A DNA stretch of 63,663 nt, filler included, from Pseudovirgaria hyperparasitica (lineage: Eukaryota): NCBI GenBank assembly GCA_010093815.1. It is 12 parts of 11 records of this genome, joined end to end, with 100 filler letters (N's around TTAATTAATTAA, not from the genome) between each part and the next. Parts side by side here need not be neighbours in the genome. Positions count along the whole stretch, not along the records: positions 48,913 to 54,614 come from ML996636.1; positions 54,715 to 56,526 come from ML996637.1; positions 56,627 to 58,780 come from ML996637.1; positions 58,881 to 63,663 come from ML996640.1; 8 more parts are not named here. The stretch is one strand, 5' to 3'. How positions within the stretch are numbered: position 1 is the first letter of the stretch; each line of letters begins with the position of its first letter. A model generated the notes under the pieces. That model saw nothing but the letters and a program-made list of their open reading frames with translations, searched no databases and was not told the origin of the DNA. Made by a program: the position numbers and the translations under genes. Shown in pieces: positions 51,636-63,663 of this stretch.

Positions 51636-52136
51636 GTGCTTAAGTCGTTCTCTAGGATGTCGATAAGAGAGCACCCCGACGAGGCCATTACTCGAGCCAG
51701 CGTAGAGCTTTACAAAGCAAGCCTATGTATTCAAAATTGTCGTACATCCATTCTCCAGTTGCTCACCATTCGAAAAGAAGAGAAAAGAAGTCGAATGCAA
51801 GTAGACCGAGAGAACCGACGCCTTCACGTCCTTTACCAGGAGGCTGTGCACGACCGCAACGAGATCGCCAGCAAATGCCAAAGCCTATACCGCGAGCTAG
51901 GAGATGCCTATACGGAGATTCTCTCTCACTACGCCTTGTCTGAGAATTCGGATCAAGCATCGATGACCGTGAAGGATGGGACGCGGATGACACAACTTGA
52001 ACGAGAAAACGACAAGTTGCAACGACAGAACAGTGAGCTCCAGCGGGCATTGGGAATGGCGGGCGATATGATCCGCGCTGTGAGAATCCAGGATCCAGCT
52101 TCAGAGACACATGGTGACATCCAAGTGCAGCTATAG
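51636..52136 (+). CDS. Hypothetical coiled-coil protein
   Basis: 166-aa ORF with heptads MTQLERENDKLQRQNSELQRAL; ATG probably at 51657 or in an upstream exon. Confidence 0.4.
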   Translation: MLKSFSRMSIREHPDEAITRASVELYKASLCIQNCRTSILQLLTIRKEEKRSRMQVDRENRRLHVLYQEAVHDRNEIASKCQSLYRELGDAYTEILSHYALSENSDQASMTVKDGTRMTQLERENDKLQRQNSELQRALGMAGDMIRAVRIQDPASETHGDIQVQL

Positions 52137-52287
52137 CAATGCCTTGATTCGGTCCACGGTCCCGATTTTGTGCATTCCATTTTCAAACGTTTCCATTCGA
52201 GTCATCATACCTGTTATATGTAGGACTCGTGCTACATCTCTATGCCATAAATTTCATCTCTAGCATTAGCTGTTCGCTTCACCCGAT

Positions 52288-52683
52288 ATGGGATTGTTCA
52301 GGTCCAAGAAGCCACCCACTTTCCCGCCTATCTCTTACCCCAAGCCGGCTGATCCTCCGTCCGTAGAAACAACAACAAAGCAGCCTAGAAAGCGTAGGCT
52401 AGACACAAACAAGAATTTGCCGGTACCAAGACTTGCACAGATGATTGAGAGGAAGATGTCTGAGAACTTCCAGCTAAGAGAAGAGTTGCAGTGGGAGCGA
52501 GACCGCTTCTGGTCAAGCTGCCAGGCAAAATCATTCCTTGCAGCAGAGGTTCAAGCCGTGGTAGAGAACCTTCGTCAGATCCTAGCCGACTTCGACCGGC
52601 TTGTTACACCAGAAGATTCTCTGAGCCAGCCTAGAGACTTGCCTCGGAGCGAGAGCGATGGATGGGAACCCGGACTAAATTAA
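52288..52683 (+). CDS. Hypothetical protein with coiled coil
   Basis: ATG-initiated 131-aa ORF; Pro-rich N-terminus; ENFQLREELQWER. Confidence 0.4.
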   Translation: MGLFRSKKPPTFPPISYPKPADPPSVETTTKQPRKRRLDTNKNLPVPRLAQMIERKMSENFQLREELQWERDRFWSSCQAKSFLAAEVQAVVENLRQILADFDRLVTPEDSLSQPRDLPRSESDGWEPGLN

Positions 52684-53372
52684 GTTGATCAGAGTACATG
52701 CGTGTTGCTCAGGTCTTACTTAGCTAGACTAGACAGGACCGTCAAATCAACTTTGTCATGCTTTACTCTACAGACGTTCCCACATTGAAAGGGCGCAGGC
52801 TCCACGTGCCCAACGCTGCGTGGCATTTCGCTGACAAACTGCATTATACCTTGCAGTGATGACGGCGCACAGCAAGCTCTTCACTCTCCTGCCTAGTAAG
52901 ATATGGGTCTGCGAGCCGCTGCGTGAACCGTTGAGCAAGGATAACCTGCGCTTTGTGCGGAAAGTTACTTGCGTATTCGTTTCCATTGGTCTACATAAGT
53001 CCGTCATGGTTAAGTAGCATAATGTACGTGTCGTCGTATTGTTAGTATAGCCAAGGCGACTGACATGGTTTGGCTCAGATATAGATTCCGAGATAGCTTA
53101 TCAGAATCTATGCCTCAGCATGGCTTAGACGATTGGAGAGCGGCGATGACTTGGTGGATCTCATGGCTCAGTATCGTGGGTCCAACGGCTCAGTATCTAG
53201 ACGGCTCCACTAACCCTGTAAATCCTGGAGCCTAGTATATCCTACTACGGTGTAGATACAGCATCGCATAGTGGTGTTCTTTCATGGTTGATAGACGTCA
53301 TGTCAACATTTCACTTCTCTGTTTCAGGTACGTGGTGGACGAGACCGGAGGCGGATTCATACTCTACTGACT

Positions 53373-54266
53373 ATGTATCTAGGTGAGCAGTTTGGCAGCT
53401 CACCCTGCCAGTGGCCCGAGAATCAAACCTCCAGTCCGTATACTGTCAGCTACCGAAACTCGCAGCTTAATCTTGATGGCTGTTCTATTTGTCCATCGCC
53501 ACATGTTATAGACGACATATGTACGGAGGGACTGGGGATTGCTGTTGGCAGATCGCATTGCCAGTCTGGTGCGACTTTGCACAGGATTGAATGCAGTCTT
53601 ACTCAGAGTGCAGCCAATACGAACTCATCGGCATCTTCTACCTCTGGGGCCTGTAAAAGTCAAGAAGTATACAACGTAGAAACGATGTGGGAGCACTACT
53701 CGTGCAATCTTGATATGTTTTCCAAAATGAAGGTGCAGAAACAAAAATGCTCAGGCGTCATAACTGTTCAGCCCCGGAGACAGTTCATCTGTTCTAAGAG
53801 GGTAAAAGGAGTCCATTGTGGTCGAAAATTTAGCAAATTAGAGCATCTAAAGCGTCACCAGGAGACACACGACCAGGAACGCACATTTACTTGTGATATC
53901 ATGCTAAGAAGCTCTGATATTGGCCACCATCGAAAAGAAGGACCATGTCGTCAGACTTTCTTGCGACACGACAATTATCTAGCACATTTCCGCACCCATC
54001 TCGTTCAAGATACACGGGGACTGTTCTTCCCACAACTGAACAATACGGGCCTCTACGCAGACCTGATAGCCCTGATGCCGGTCTTAAGGTCTGGGGTTGA
54101 CACGGGAAACATGCACAGGTACCACCGAAACACGCGAGTGTCATGGGAGAATCTAGTGGAGCGTGTCAGAGAAGCAAAGGGTGCCCTAGTGGCTGATCAG
54201 ATACTTGTTACCATCTTGCGAGCTTGCTTGAGACATGATGCTCGTGTAGCGCGGTCGTTTTGCTAG
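53373..54266 (+). CDS. C2H2 zinc-finger transcription factor (two fingers, BrlA-like finger pair)
   Basis: FICSKRVKGVHCGRKFSKLEHLKRHQETH and FTCD...PCRQTFLRHDNYLAHFRTH, followed by HRNTRV. Confidence 0.75.
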   Translation: MYLGEQFGSSPCQWPENQTSSPYTVSYRNSQLNLDGCSICPSPHVIDDICTEGLGIAVGRSHCQSGATLHRIECSLTQSAANTNSSASSTSGACKSQEVYNVETMWEHYSCNLDMFSKMKVQKQKCSGVITVQPRRQFICSKRVKGVHCGRKFSKLEHLKRHQETHDQERTFTCDIMLRSSDIGHHRKEGPCRQTFLRHDNYLAHFRTHLVQDTRGLFFPQLNNTGLYADLIALMPVLRSGVDTGNMHRYHRNTRVSWENLVERVREAKGALVADQILVTILRACLRHDARVARSFC

Positions 54267-54714
54267 GTATGAATGATGCTGAATGGTCTGCATTCCAAAA
54301 TCCAATACACCGTGAGCTGTGACATCACTTGTAGCATATGACTAGATTCTATTTGCAGTCCGTCGTAGTTGAAGTTAATGTGGCGACGTGGACGAGTGCC
54401 ATATGTGTCAATCTTATGATCAGGGAATGTCTCGCGGGAGATGTTGTAAGGATAAGATCCCAGCTCTAGTCAAGCCCTATCAGAAGCGTTGCAATCTAGC
54501 ATTACCAAATCCTACGCGCACTGCCACCATTTATCTTAACCCGCTATTGCAAGTCTAGGCTTTGTAGTTATGTCGTCTTTGTCTTCTTCCAGAACAACCT
54601 CTAATAGTCCATCTNNNNNNNNNNNNNNNNNNNNNNNNNNNNNNNNNNNNNNNNNNNNTTAATTAATTAANNNNNNNNNNNNNNNNNNNNNNNNNNNNNN
54701 NNNNNNNNNNNNNN

Positions 54715-56526
54715 CTCTAGTCTAAGCCACTATATAAGAAGAAACCCCATAGGGAAAAACTTCCTTATGTCTATAACTACATCTCGTTAAACCTCTATTT
54801 CGTCTTAAGTATATAGCTATAGGGTACGCCTATTAGCCTATAGCCTATATTACCGTTATTTTACCCTTAGGTAGCACGTGTAGATGCGGAGGTTATTAGT
54901 TAAGGGCTGCCCTTAACTAATAATCGGGGTTCTTCCGGGGTTCTTCCGGTATATATCGGGTTACTACCGGCGTATACCGGGTCTCTTCCGGCATATATTT
55001 CTAGATCCACTAGTACTAGAGGAGTAGTAGATATATAAGCATCTATCGGGAGACGTCCTTAGAGTACTTATTAAGCCATTATATAATATCTAAAGTCTTC
55101 GTAACGTAGATAAGCCATTACCGTTATATATAGAGGTTAGGGCATATAGCTAGATAGTGGCGTATTATACCTCTCCGGCCGCACGCCTTATACCATAGAG
55201 ACACGTCGGGGACGCCTCTCTTATAGAGGTAGTATAGAAGTCCTATAGCGCCCGTTCGGGCTTAGATAAGTATAGATACTTAGGCTTTCGTTAGCCCTTT
55301 ATATATCTATTTACTCGGTTCCTTCTATGGCCCTCGAATCCACTCTAGGTACCTATCCTACTAGGAGGTCTAGTGGGTACGGAGTGCCTCTTTCTACTTA
55401 TCTTAAGTCCACGACCGTATATTTTTCATGAGTTCTTAAAGGCTCTACTAGTCTAGGAGAGCGTCCGGGTTATCTCGGACTTCTTATACTACTTGGCTAG
55501 AGTCGGCTTCTATTAAGCACCTATACCGTATTCGATTCCGGCCTATATATAGGAGTGCGCGGTAATGTATACTAATTCATACACGTAGCGCGGCGAAAGT
55601 ATATTCTATGTTTCCTATACGTTCCTATGCTTATTATTTAGTAAAGTATACCACCCTCTATATCTAGTAGAAGTTATATATACTTATAATGTCTATCTCG
55701 CGTCGTAGTAGCACCGTGTTAGTAGCTTTATATACGCCTAATATAAGACGGAGTATACGGTTCTATATAGATTCGAGCTTTATTCGCCTAGTCTATATAA
55801 GGGCCGTATACTAGCACTCGTGTCCGTACGTAAAGGCGGGTCGTGCTATAGATATATATAGCTGGCGTGCCTTATCCCGGGCGGTTCCCTATATGGAGGC
55901 TATAATCCGTCGTATGGCGGCTTCTACCCGGAGGGCCCTAGAGACGGCGTATGCCACTTATGGTCCCCATTTAAGCTTACTATCTAGTATGACTCCGAGC
56001 GCGCGCATGCTTTATACTAGTAGTTCGTTAAATGCGTCGATTCGGGGGCGTTATTCGCCTTCCCTAGTTATCTATTTCCCTTAACGATTAATGAAGTGCA
56101 TGAGCTAGTATTTCTCTAGGGCGAACTTTACTCCATAGCGTTTTACCCACTAGAGGTATCTCTCGTGGTCCTATTCTAGTCTTCTACACGTTCGGTTAGT
56201 ATTATTATTAATAGCTAGGAGGTATATATTATCGGCGTATCCGACTACCTCTATATACTTTATTCCTTAAAGAAGGTCTACCGTAAAGAAGAGGAATAGG
56301 ATCGGAGAGATAGTACTCCCTTATAGGATGCCGTATACCGTCTCTTTATATTCGCTTTAGTATCTAGGGATATATATCTAAGTTATTCTTCCTATAAGGA
56401 ATAACTATATAAAGCGTATAATCCATTCTAGTATTCGTCTTATCCGGAGGTTATAAATAAGTCTTATATAGTTTACCTTATTAAACGCTCCGGCCATATC
56501 AAGGGAGAGGAGCAATACTACCCGTC
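54715..56526 (-). mobile_element. Tad1-like LINE 3' half (RT to 3' UTR)
   Basis: Reverse complement of most of 37392-39294; VGYADN (YADD) at about 56228-56245. Confidence 0.88.
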
Positions 56527-56626
56527 NNNNNNNNNNNNNNNNNNNNNNNNNNNNNNNNNNNNNNNNNNNNTTAATTAATTAANNNNNNNNNNNNNNNNNN
56601 NNNNNNNNNNNNNNNNNNNNNNNNNN

Positions 56627-58700
56627 TATTAGTTATATATATTATGTATATGTAGGGGGCCTATATCTATTTATAGGTGTAGTATTATCCTAAGGTTATC
56701 GCGCTCGGTATACGACCATAATAAGAGTGGTATTAATCTATGAATGTGGAAGAGGACTTGTCTTTCTAGTTCTAGAGGGTGTATAGTATGGTATCCGGGG
56801 TGTGTGGTTGGTTTACTCGTCTAGTAGTGTTTATAGGGTTCCTAGATAGCGAGTATTATAGCCCCGGTCTCTTCGAGGAGCGTCGCCTAGTTCTCTCTTT
56901 TATATTATATATTTACCTATATAATTCGGAGTATATTCTGGTCCCTCATTAGGTACTAGGGAGTATATATATCTATATGCTTATTCCTCGGAGGCGCGAC
57001 TATCCTCACGCGGTAGCGGCTTTAACTATGCCTTTTAGTCGTCCCATTATCTTCGGGATAATCTACTATCCTACCTAACTACCTTCCGGAGGGGAGGTTA
57101 GGGGTGTTATAAAGGAAGGGCCCGAGGTAGATGTTATATTCTATAACTATCTCGCGCCTCTCGCTTTTATCGTGCGAATGTATTCTATAACCTATTTACA
57201 TTTTATACACGTTAACGACCACGATAGGTGTTTCCCGTCGTAGTTTAAACACTATACTATGTCCCTATTTCTTAGCCCTTCTCCTCGCGGTTTATAAGGG
57301 TACTTCTAGATGGCGTGGTCCCCACGGTACTATCCGCACTTAGTCTTCTATAAGCACCTTTATGTAGTATATCCATACCCTTAGTAGTTAAAGTACTATG
57401 TTATTACCTATGCTCTATCCTATAGCTCGGCCATAAGGAGCTCTCCTTCTACTAGGAATCCCTTCTATATAATATGTTATGCGAGGGCGGGGTCTCGGAG
57501 CTCCATAATTATAGTAGAGTGTTTTTTCGCCGTCGTCTTAATCGTCTATGGGTTCTTCTACCACGCTTTCACGATCTTAATCCCTAGGTATTTTCGTACG
57601 TTGGATTGTTCTATACGCGTAATATCCTCCGCTCTAATAGCCTGTTCCCGCACGGGTACTAAGTGTACCTATATTAGGTATATGGCCGCCCTAATGGAGA
57701 CGCCTAGGAAGATACTACTAATCGCGTTCGGATCGCGCGAGATAGTCTACTACGCGATATTCGTTATCGTGGTAAGTACTACTCCTTCTAGCGTGAGTTT
57801 GGCGGCGACGATATTTAACTATATTCCCTTTTATTCATTAATCTTACTTACTATGTCCTTTAGGGATACTCGCTGGACCTATGCTAGGGTGTCCTTATCC
57901 TAGATTATAACGCGTATACTATACGCCGCGTCGCTGGTCCGGGGGGCCCGTGGTATAGCTTCCGGTATTACTACTATTTATACCTATATACTAGGGCGCT
58001 TACCTTAAGTGAGTTCCTCCTAGATTCTATATAGGCTAGCCTCTATTTAGTCGAGTCTACCCTCTAGTCCTCCTAGTTATATCTTCTTCTCCTCCTCCGT
58101 AATTCCCCTTAGGTTCTAGATAAGGTCCTAGAATATATATAGGAGGGTCTTCTAGCCCTCTCCGGCTTCCTTCTCTACACGTGCTACCTAGTAGTTAATG
58201 CGATCTAGGAGGGTTTCCCCTCTCGGGGTCCCCTTTATTCCGCCTATCTATAGCGGCGTGCGCCTTTAGGTATGTTCTACGTTTTAGATAGGTGTATAGC
58301 TACCCTTAGTAATATCGCTATATGGCCTTTTCTATCGTACCGGTGGGGGTATATCCGGTATATACCGGGGTATGTCGGTGCCTAAGGCCGCCATATTTAT
58401 TAGTTAAGGGCTGCCCTTAACTAATAAAAGGGGGTCGGCATGTCGGCGTTCTAGTAGCGTGGTCCGTGCCTCTATCTCCGTAAGGATTTTAAGAGGGTAT
58501 ATATATATCTTTACACGGTGATAACGTCTTGGTTTCGACGCTACACGTACGTACGTGTAGTAGTAGTTAGTGTACTTAGTATACTCTATCGATTAAGGTG
58601 TGTATCTCGCTGTATTACCCCGAATGGACCAAGTTGGCCTCTTAGGGATGTAAAAGAAGTTTTTCGTCCCTATAGTATAAAGTATTAGGGTCTTTAATAT
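56627..58700 (-). mobile_element. Tad1-like LINE 5' half: 5' UTR, ORF1 (three CCHC knuckles), start of the APE endonuclease; 5' boundary approximate
   Basis: ORF1 ATG at 58394; de-RIP QCFNCQGYGHT..C..KCGxCRGDH...C and C..CxGKH....C at about 57210-57410; LRIIxVNI...LAIxEPY. Confidence 0.8.
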
Positions 58701-59166
58701 ATATATCTATATTTACTAGACCTGACTTAGTCTATTCTATAAACTATTTTGCTAGATTTATGTCTAATCCTAGTCTAGAANNNNNNNNNNNNNNNNNNNN
58801 NNNNNNNNNNNNNNNNNNNNNNNNTTAATTAATTAANNNNNNNNNNNNNNNNNNNNNNNNNNNNNNNNNNNNNNNNNNNNAGTATTTAAAATGCGTTATC
58901 CGCCTCTCCAGAACAAGACTATCTGGACTATCGACTTCCTATAATTGTGTTTCTCTGTTTTATCTGTTCTCCCCAGATATCACTTTCCACTTTGTATACT
59001 GCAAACGACCGACCCACACCATGTCGGCCAAAGTCCTGGATGGCCGTCGTCTTACCCTGTTTAGGAAATGCTACCAACTTCAAGCTCAGTTTCCTGGTAT
59101 GGAAATAGATTGTAGAGTTGCGTACAATGATGTGATCCATGTATATCGTCATGACAAAGAGGCTTC

Positions 59167-59760
59167 TTGGCCTACTCAAGTGAGTTTTTGAAGTTGCGAG
59201 TTTATCGAACAGCGCACTCACTTTTACAAAAGGATGAAAACCCCACGCGAGTGTATCTACCCTGCGATTTCCAAACGGTGAGAGAATCACAATCAGTAGG
59301 TGTCATCGGCGGTTTTGACCCTGCCAATCGATCAAGCCTCAACGATCGATCTCTTGAAGCCACACCTGATCTTGTGTATGATCCGTACGCTTCGCCAAGT
59401 GGGAAACAATCTTCTCCAGTCGCATCCATCGAGGGTCTGGGCGCTGATGAAAATCGCACTATTCAACAGAGCGGGTCGAACTTCAGTTTGCAGAATCGTG
59501 GCGACAATGATGGACTTTTATTCCCACTCAGCTCCCTAAACAACAATAGTCCAGATATCGACTACTTTATATCCCTCCCCATGCAGACACTCAGTGACCA
59601 GGATTTTCTCGCAGAATGCAGGCATCAGACTGCAGAGAACGCCTATGTTGCCCACAATCATGGAATCGACGTCCTACGGCCTCCCAAAAGGCGACCAATT
59701 CCAGTGAGATCTCCGCATGGCTACCTGCACAAGCGACGACGTTTAGGTCACGACTCTTGA
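59167..59760 (+). CDS. Hypothetical ORF (deleted paralogue at 40286-40787)
   Basis: 197-aa open frame, no motif; basic C-terminus KRRRL. Confidence 0.25.
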   Translation: MAYSSEFLKLRVYRTAHSLLQKDENPTRVYLPCDFQTVRESQSVGVIGGFDPANRSSLNDRSLEATPDLVYDPYASPSGKQSSPVASIEGLGADENRTIQQSGSNFSLQNRGDNDGLLFPLSSLNNNSPDIDYFISLPMQTLSDQDFLAECRHQTAENAYVAHNHGIDVLRPPKRRPIPVRSPHGYLHKRRRLGHDS

Positions 59761-61597
59761 TTAATTGTTACGGTGGGCAAGTTTGGCGCAGAAGTTGATG
59801 GAGGCTCTAATAACTTGGCAAGATGACGTGTTGATCCCTTGACGCCTGTTGGTTGTTTGATTCTGGAGCGTGTATTGTCAATGGTTTTCTTGTCGTTCCT
59901 GGATGAGACACGTTTCTCGCTTTTTTGGGGGTTTCTCTCTGTCTTTGGCAACTTAAGCAGACTAGATTTAGATGGAAGTTCCAGGTGCATAGTATCAGGT
60001 CTGTCATAAACGCGCTCGTTCTCCTTGAATAGAGTCAGAGATGCCGTGTTGCCTATAAATAAGTACTGGTGCATCCGGAGCAGTTCTTCAAACCTGTATT
60101 GGTCATTGTAATTGAAAATTTCTCGGTCTCGTGTCATTAGTTTCACAGTGGGTATATCTAGCCGGAGAACGTTGAAGAATTCGTATAAGTGATTTATTTC
60201 AGCGTATAAAGGAATGAAGAATAGCTTCTCGTTCGTTGTATAGACCATAACAACGTACGTGCGTATCGGCGAATTCTCTGGTAATCTAAATTCTGCGCCG
60301 ACATGGGTCCCTCGAGTAGAAGTTGGTTTCGGTGCTGTGAATCTTCTATTGCCTTCTGGCGCTGCTCTGTCATCGTCGAAATAGTCGCACGGAGGTCATG
60401 CATGGCCTTTTCGTGTATTTTGTAATCTTGTTCCACTTCTCCTTTGAATTGTTTCATCCTTTCGTCTCTCAACAAGATCTCGTGATTGAGGCTAGCCATT
60501 CTAGCCTCCATCATCGCCTAAGTCGAAGCTTGCGCTGCAGACTGTTGCTGCAAAATCTCGATGTCACTGTTCAAAGCTGCCTTCTCTAATTTCTCATTCT
60601 GCAATTTATTATGGTGTGCTTGCTCCATATCTTGGATTTTCTGAGTCAGCGCAAGGCATTTACTTTGCTCTTCACGTAGGGACGTGGCAAATCGGGCTTC
60701 AAGGTCGTTCTGCAGTTCGGTGAGATCACCTGAATCTACCTGCATGTTCTCCGTTTGATCTAGGAATTTGACGTTTATCTAAATAGGTTAGAATGAAAAA
60801 TATATTCATAATGAATAACTCACATCAAGGCCGTCGAAAAACGTCTTCAAGAAATCAAGTTTAACATATAGAGATGTGATATTCTCGCCATCGCTGATCG
60901 CGTGATGCTTTCTCATTTGTGCCATAAGCGGAGGTAAATATAGAGAAGTTTTTTCGGCCTCGTAGTCTCTTTCAAATGGACGACCACAGCGTCTTTCTGA
61001 CCCCAATCGCCCCTGATCGGTAAATATCGGCGCGTCTGGCACAGAGCCTGTCCCGGCACCCGACTTTCTCAAGATAGCAGCAATATTTCGCCACTCGTTT
61101 TCTGGGATTTTGAGACGTAAAATTTCAGAGCCTTCGACAAGATGACAGGCAAGTAGGTCCATGGGGTCTTCTGTAATGGCTTCCTCAATAAATTCAATAC
61201 GAAATCCAAGATCAAAAGCCATCCTGGCTAACTTGCATATGACAGCTTGGTTCGATCGGCTAAGAGGAGGTTTCGGGTGCCCTAGCTCTTTCCTAGGAGT
61301 GAAATTCGTCACATCAGTGAATCGCCGTAAGCAGAATGTCCACAGTTGGAGATATGCGAGTTGTTTCTCATCATGAGGATTCTCGGTCATGGCCTCAACA
61401 TTATTACCCTCCCCCCACTCGATGGTGAAGCGCGTTGGTCTGAAATAGGCTGCCGAGAACGCATCCCATATACTATTCTTTGAGGTTCCCGCAAGTGTAC
61501 GAAGTATACTACTGGCGGGTTCGAGAAGCTTTAGATTTTCGAAGAATGTCCTAATACTAGGTATCAGGCAGTCAATCGATAACAATTGGTCGTGCAC
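59748..61597 (-). pseudogene. DUF3723 (Starship-associated) gene, 5'-truncated, with coiled-coil C-terminal extension
   Basis: IPSIRTFFENLKLLEP, LAYLQLWTFCLRRF, LARMAFDLGF, RRCGRPF; intron 60823-60779 joins to a coiled-coil exon; in-frame TAG at 60518-60520; frameshift near 60280 into the 59748 ORF. Confidence 0.8.
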
Positions 61598-62271
61598 CGT
61601 TTGACATCAAATTTATTCGGGCTTTTCCGCCTTTGATTGGGCCTCGACTTGACGTCTGTATAGAAAATATTCCAACTACACGAGTTCCTCTTGCTGTTGC
61701 AGTACGTCAGACTGCTTCAAATACTGATCAACGAGATTTTTTGTTTTATATCATTTTGGCCCCCCTATACTTGCAGGGCCGAAGTGTGCCATGAGGTATA
61801 TTTTACTCTCTAGGTTGGGTATCTGCACTGTAGATGCCTCCACGTTCGAACGTCAGGAATATACACTTCTAGAACCTACATAGGCAGGGACTTTTTGAAT
61901 GTATCATCCACCCCGCCCACAAAACAGCAGCCAACCTTCGAACGCGATAATTCACAACCAGCCGAAATATTGAAGTGGTCTAAGTAATATTCTGGTACAA
62001 ATTGCGATTATCCCGAAAGGATTGACGCACAAGGGCTATGCCCGAGCGTCGCCGGAATCCGCGTCTATTGTGAGACTCTCGTGCAAGCTCGACCGTCTTT
62101 TCGGTGGTAGAGGTGGAGGCGTCGGTGTCCCCGTAGTGTCGTATGCACCACGTCTCCAACCATAGCACTCAGTGTACACGTGCATTTGTGCCCTGATTAT
62201 GTGGCATAGTTAGCAAGGAATATCAAACGATGAAAGAGCATCTTACCTAGTAGAAATACGAAAGGGGAAGT

Positions 62272-62377
62272 TCAACAGTCGAGGCGCCGTAGAAACAAAG
62301 ACGTTGATGTACAAGGAAATGAAATCAACAGTCGAGACGCCGTAGAACCAAAGACGTCGATGTACAAGGAAATGAAA
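62272..62377. repeat. Tandem duplication, 2 x 53 bp
   Basis: TCAACAGTCGAGRCGCCGTAGAAMCAAAGACGTYGATGTACAAGGAAATGAAA twice, 3 mismatches. Confidence 0.9.
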
Positions 62378-63663
62378 GTAGGGGAGTAGAGGATATTATA
62401 TGGTCACGGCGGCGTTCAGTCTTGCGCTTAGGTCCCATCGATTCAAGTAGCACGTACCAGGTTACGGCATGAACCTCGTATCATTGACTATATAGGAAAT
62501 GTCGCCACATTTGACCAGGGTGGTACAGTAAGGGGAGTGAAAAAGATCTCATGCTTCTCACTCGACGGAGTCACGGCTTGAGATGTCATCGACGAGATAC
62601 TCGAGACCGTTGATGTACCATTATGAGGTCTAGCACATGAGAGTTGTTCATATATCGTCACCTCCCAACGCGCCACGCGGTGAAGTTTACGACCAAGCTG
62701 CAATTGGTCCGCAAGGTCACGGTCATCTCGCATCAGCTTTGAGACGTGGACAGAATTACAGGACACATCATGGCCCCCGGGTGCGGCAAGTGGATGGAAT
62801 CGTACGGCGTACATGATTTTCAAGTCAACGTATCCTTCTTCCAGCTCGAGAATTCCACTATGAGAGTATACTAGGCTTGGTAGCGTAACAATACACAGAT
62901 CACGCTCTCTACAAAGAGAGCAGCTAAGACAGGCTCGGAGATCAGGAGCCATTAGAAGAACTTGAAATGTCGATAATATACATAGCGTATATCAAGGCAG
63001 ACTTGAAAGTCTACCGGACCACGACCATCCCCTGAGTTTCGCGCGGTAGACGACAGCTGCATCGAGCATCCCACGGATCATCAAGTTCTCCTGGCATCAT
63101 TAGAGACCCCAGAATGGTTCAGCTAGCCTGGGTCACAAACGCCATGTCGACCTCCTATTCAGATTTCCAGAATGGTTCGATCTGTAACGCCGGTGCATTA
63201 GTCTTGACCCCTGATAGACTTTCTCACAGGGCGCACGCAGCATATTATTGCCCGCTGGTATGCGACAACGCGGCACGTGCAGGCTACTGATCTGCTCGAG
63301 GAGGGTCCCTGAGAGTCGATGTATTCATACATGTTCTGCTTCTAAGGCGCGGTCATGCTCCCTCTGACTAACATGTGGGTCGAAAAGGATTATCTAAGCT
63401 ATATATGGTGTAGTGCGATATGATCCTGCACTGGTACAGACATGCTAGCCCGGGGTAAAGCCGCTCTTGGCAGCATGCTGTTGCCAAGAGCGGCTTTACA
63501 AACAAGGGAACCGGAAGGAGTGTCTTCCTCACAGTATTGTTGCCAGGACACTCCTTGCCGGACCAGCACTCCGATTGCCCAGTGGAGCAGGGATCCTGTA
63601 GACTGTCCATCAGCTACGCCCCGCGCCAGAGCATGCCTGAAACCACGCTGTGGTCTTGACCCT

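Noticed and set aside
62488..62952. 154-aa ORF with Cys-rich start as a zinc-cluster gene
   Set aside because: Cys spacing does not complete a Zn2Cys6 or C2H2 motif; no other support

Overview
Repeat-rich window from a filamentous ascomycete (Pezizomycotina-type genes, short GT-AG introns, heavy RIP C:G->T:A mutation). It is not one molecule: 12 contigs are joined by an artificial 100-bp linker (N44-TTAATTAATTAA-N44), and there are two further plain N gaps. Roughly half is RIP-degraded retroelements: two full-length copies and one partial copy of a Ty3/Gypsy chromovirus (family A, 238-bp LTRs), the 3' end of a second chromovirus (family B), and five pieces of a Tad1-like LINE. Core genes are MRPL25 (mL59), an MNS1-type GH47 alpha-1,2-mannosidase and an SHB17-like histidine phosphatase. 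The rest is un-RIPed accessory DNA: a DUF3723 pseudogene (Starship-associated family), NACHT-ankyrin, FTA2 kinase-like, Est1-like and Tc1/IS630 remnants, a small dsRBD-like gene, a C2H2 gene, two inverted segmental duplications and a hAT-like MITE. Main finding: both chromovirus families carry, between the integrase-chromodomain and the 3' LTR, a spliced ANTISENSE gene. After reversing RIP it encodes a Zn2Cys6-like cysteine cluster plus a coiled coil, an HBZ-like architecture. Family A also has a tRNA/Pol III-like hairpin between pol and this gene and a probable self-priming PBS. The LINE has the same 31-bp palindrome just before ORF1 and at the end of ORF2. Family assignments come from motif recognition by eye; no searches were run.
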